DNA from: Candidatus Uhrbacteria bacterium
Lineage (GTDB): Bacteria; Patescibacteriota; Patescibacteriia; GWA2-47-26
DNA length: 64,000 nt
Assembly: GCA_016187515.1 (NCBI GenBank)
Contig: JACPJN010000006.1
Coordinates: forward strand, 856 to 64,855
Direction of reading: 5' to 3'
Shown: positions 62,916-64,000 of the stretch, piece after piece
Layout: the number at the start of each line of letters is the position of its first letter
How positions within the stretch are numbered: the first letter of the stretch is position 1
Made by a program: the position numbers and the translations under genes
Notes under the pieces: model-generated
Told to the model about the DNA's origin: nothing
Seen by the model: only the letters and a program-made list of their open reading frames with translations
The model's database searches: none

Positions 62916-64000
62916 ATAATATTTCTCTCGTTACCGCCAAGATCTCCGGCCTTCCGTCCCCGTCAATATCCGTCACAATCGGAATCGCTCCGACGCGGCT
63001 GGCGCGGTCAAACGCGAAAAACCCGGGTGACAGCGCGCGTCCTTTGCCATCGAACAGTCGCACCTGCGGTCCGCCGCCGGGACCAGGGCCGGTGATGATT
63101 TCCGCGCTTCCGTCTCCGTCAGTATCTCCCGCTGCCACGCGCACTCCGCCGCGAAACCGCGGATCATACGCGAAAAATCCGCCGGAAAGCAATTTGCCTT
63201 CACCATTAAAAATGCGCACTTGCGGACCGCCGCCCGGACCGGCTCCTACGACTATCTCGGAAAACCCGTCCTTGTTCAAATCGCCGACCGCCACGTTGGC
63301 TCCGCCGCGATAATTCGGTCCAAACGGAAAAAATGACAGGGTCAGCAGGGTGCCATCAGGGCGGAACACGCGGACTTGGGTCGATACGTCAATTCTCCCC
63401 CTCTCCCCTTGCGGGAGAGGGCCGGGGTGAGGGGTGGTCCCCATTGCCGCCACAATCTCGAGAACCCCATCTCGATTCACATCCCCGATATCAAACTGCA
63501 CCTCCCCTTCCCATCTAGGGAACGGTTCAAAACGCGAGATTCGGCCATCGCCAAAAAAAATCTCCACCTGTGATTTGTGATTTGTGATTTGTGATTTTCG
63601 CACCCGCTCTTCCTTCCCATCCCCATCCACATCCACCACCGCGATCGTGGCCCCGCTGCGTTCACGTTTATCAAACGCGAAAAAACCCGCGCGTACCGGC
63701 TCCCCGCGCGCGTCAAATACTCGGGCAAACACGCCGTTTTCAAATGGCGCGCCGACAATGACCTGCAGCGGCCGCAGCACGATCAGTCCATCCTGTCCCG
63801 CTAAAGTAACGCTCCGGACAATCGCGCCATCATTTATCTTTGGATCTTGCGGGCCGCGCAGCTTCTCCACTTCGACCGGCAAGCTGACCGTCCGGCTCAC
63901 TTTACCGCTATTTAACAGGACCAGGCCTTTTTCAAAATCCCGCCGCCATAATCCTTCGGCAAACGGACGCTGTTTATCATAAGAGCGCGGAGGCGCCAGC
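62914..64000 (-). CDS. FG-GAP-like repeat protein, 5' end outside window
   Basis: Frame open to the window edge (..GLWRRDFEKGLVLLN..); GDxxxDG.xEI..G.GPGGGPQVR repeats; in-frame palindrome 63396-63436 and heptamer run 63569-63597. Confidence 0.85.
   Translation of the reverse strand, partial: LAPPRSYDKQRPFAEGLWRRDFEKGLVLLNSGKVSRTVSLPVEVEKLRGPQDPKINDGAIVRSVTLAGQDGLIVLRPLQVIVGAPFENGVFARVFDARGEPVRAGFFAFDKRERSGATIAVVDVDGDGKEERVRKSQITNHKSQVEIFFGDGRISRFEPFPRWEGEVQFDIGDVNRDGVLEIVAAMGTTPHPGPLPQGERGRIDVSTQVRVFRPDGTLLTLSFFPFGPNYRGGANVAVGDLNKDGFSEIVVGAGPGGGPQVRIFNGEGKLLSGGFFAYDPRFRGGVRVAAGDTDGDGSAEIITGPGPGGGPQVRLFDGKGRALSPGFFAFDRASRVGAIPIVTDIDGDGRPEILAVTREIL

Noticed and set aside
545..63436. Palindromic repeats as a CRISPR array
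   Set aside because: Dispersed, variable, no regular repeat-spacer period and no cas genes
1..64000. Alternative genetic code (TGA recoding)
   Set aside because: Long conserved genes are intact under code 11 and several end at TGA at the expected family C-terminus

Overview
A 64-kb chromosomal window, mostly minus-strand and read in the standard bacterial code. Gene content suggests a Patescibacteria/CPR (Parcubacteria-like) bacterium (inference: giant secreted Ig/S-layer-like proteins, FG-GAP-like 'GGGPHVRIF' repeats, few Shine-Dalgarno sites). Ordinary content: HU, an ABC exporter, tRNA-Trp, thermonuclease, M23 and S41 peptidases, a ROK kinase, MgtE, late riboflavin genes, MurA, a glycosyltransferase/rml cluster, an S8 protease, an ECF sigma/anti-sigma pair and large surface proteins. 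Two things stand out. (1) A ~14.5-kb array (8.5-23 kb) holds ONE stand-alone PEP-synthase-type ATP-grasp gene and FIVE intact paralogues, plus a remnant of a sixth, each a divergent N-terminal domain fused to a phospho-histidine swivel domain. This looks like a split, modular dikinase system resembling rifampin phosphotransferase or phenylphosphate synthase. The array also carries a TrpR-like regulator, a repeated 28-bp palindrome, two His-phosphatase-like genes, an MtxX-like gene and interleaved toxin-antitoxin modules, and is bracketed by a 47-bp direct repeat. (2) Several families of small palindromic and inverted-tandem repeats are spread through the window; about 18 palindromic loci sit in frame inside 13 protein genes, and a GxxExxY nuclease gene lies between inverted tandem arrays. 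All assignments come from motif reading by eye; no database search was run.
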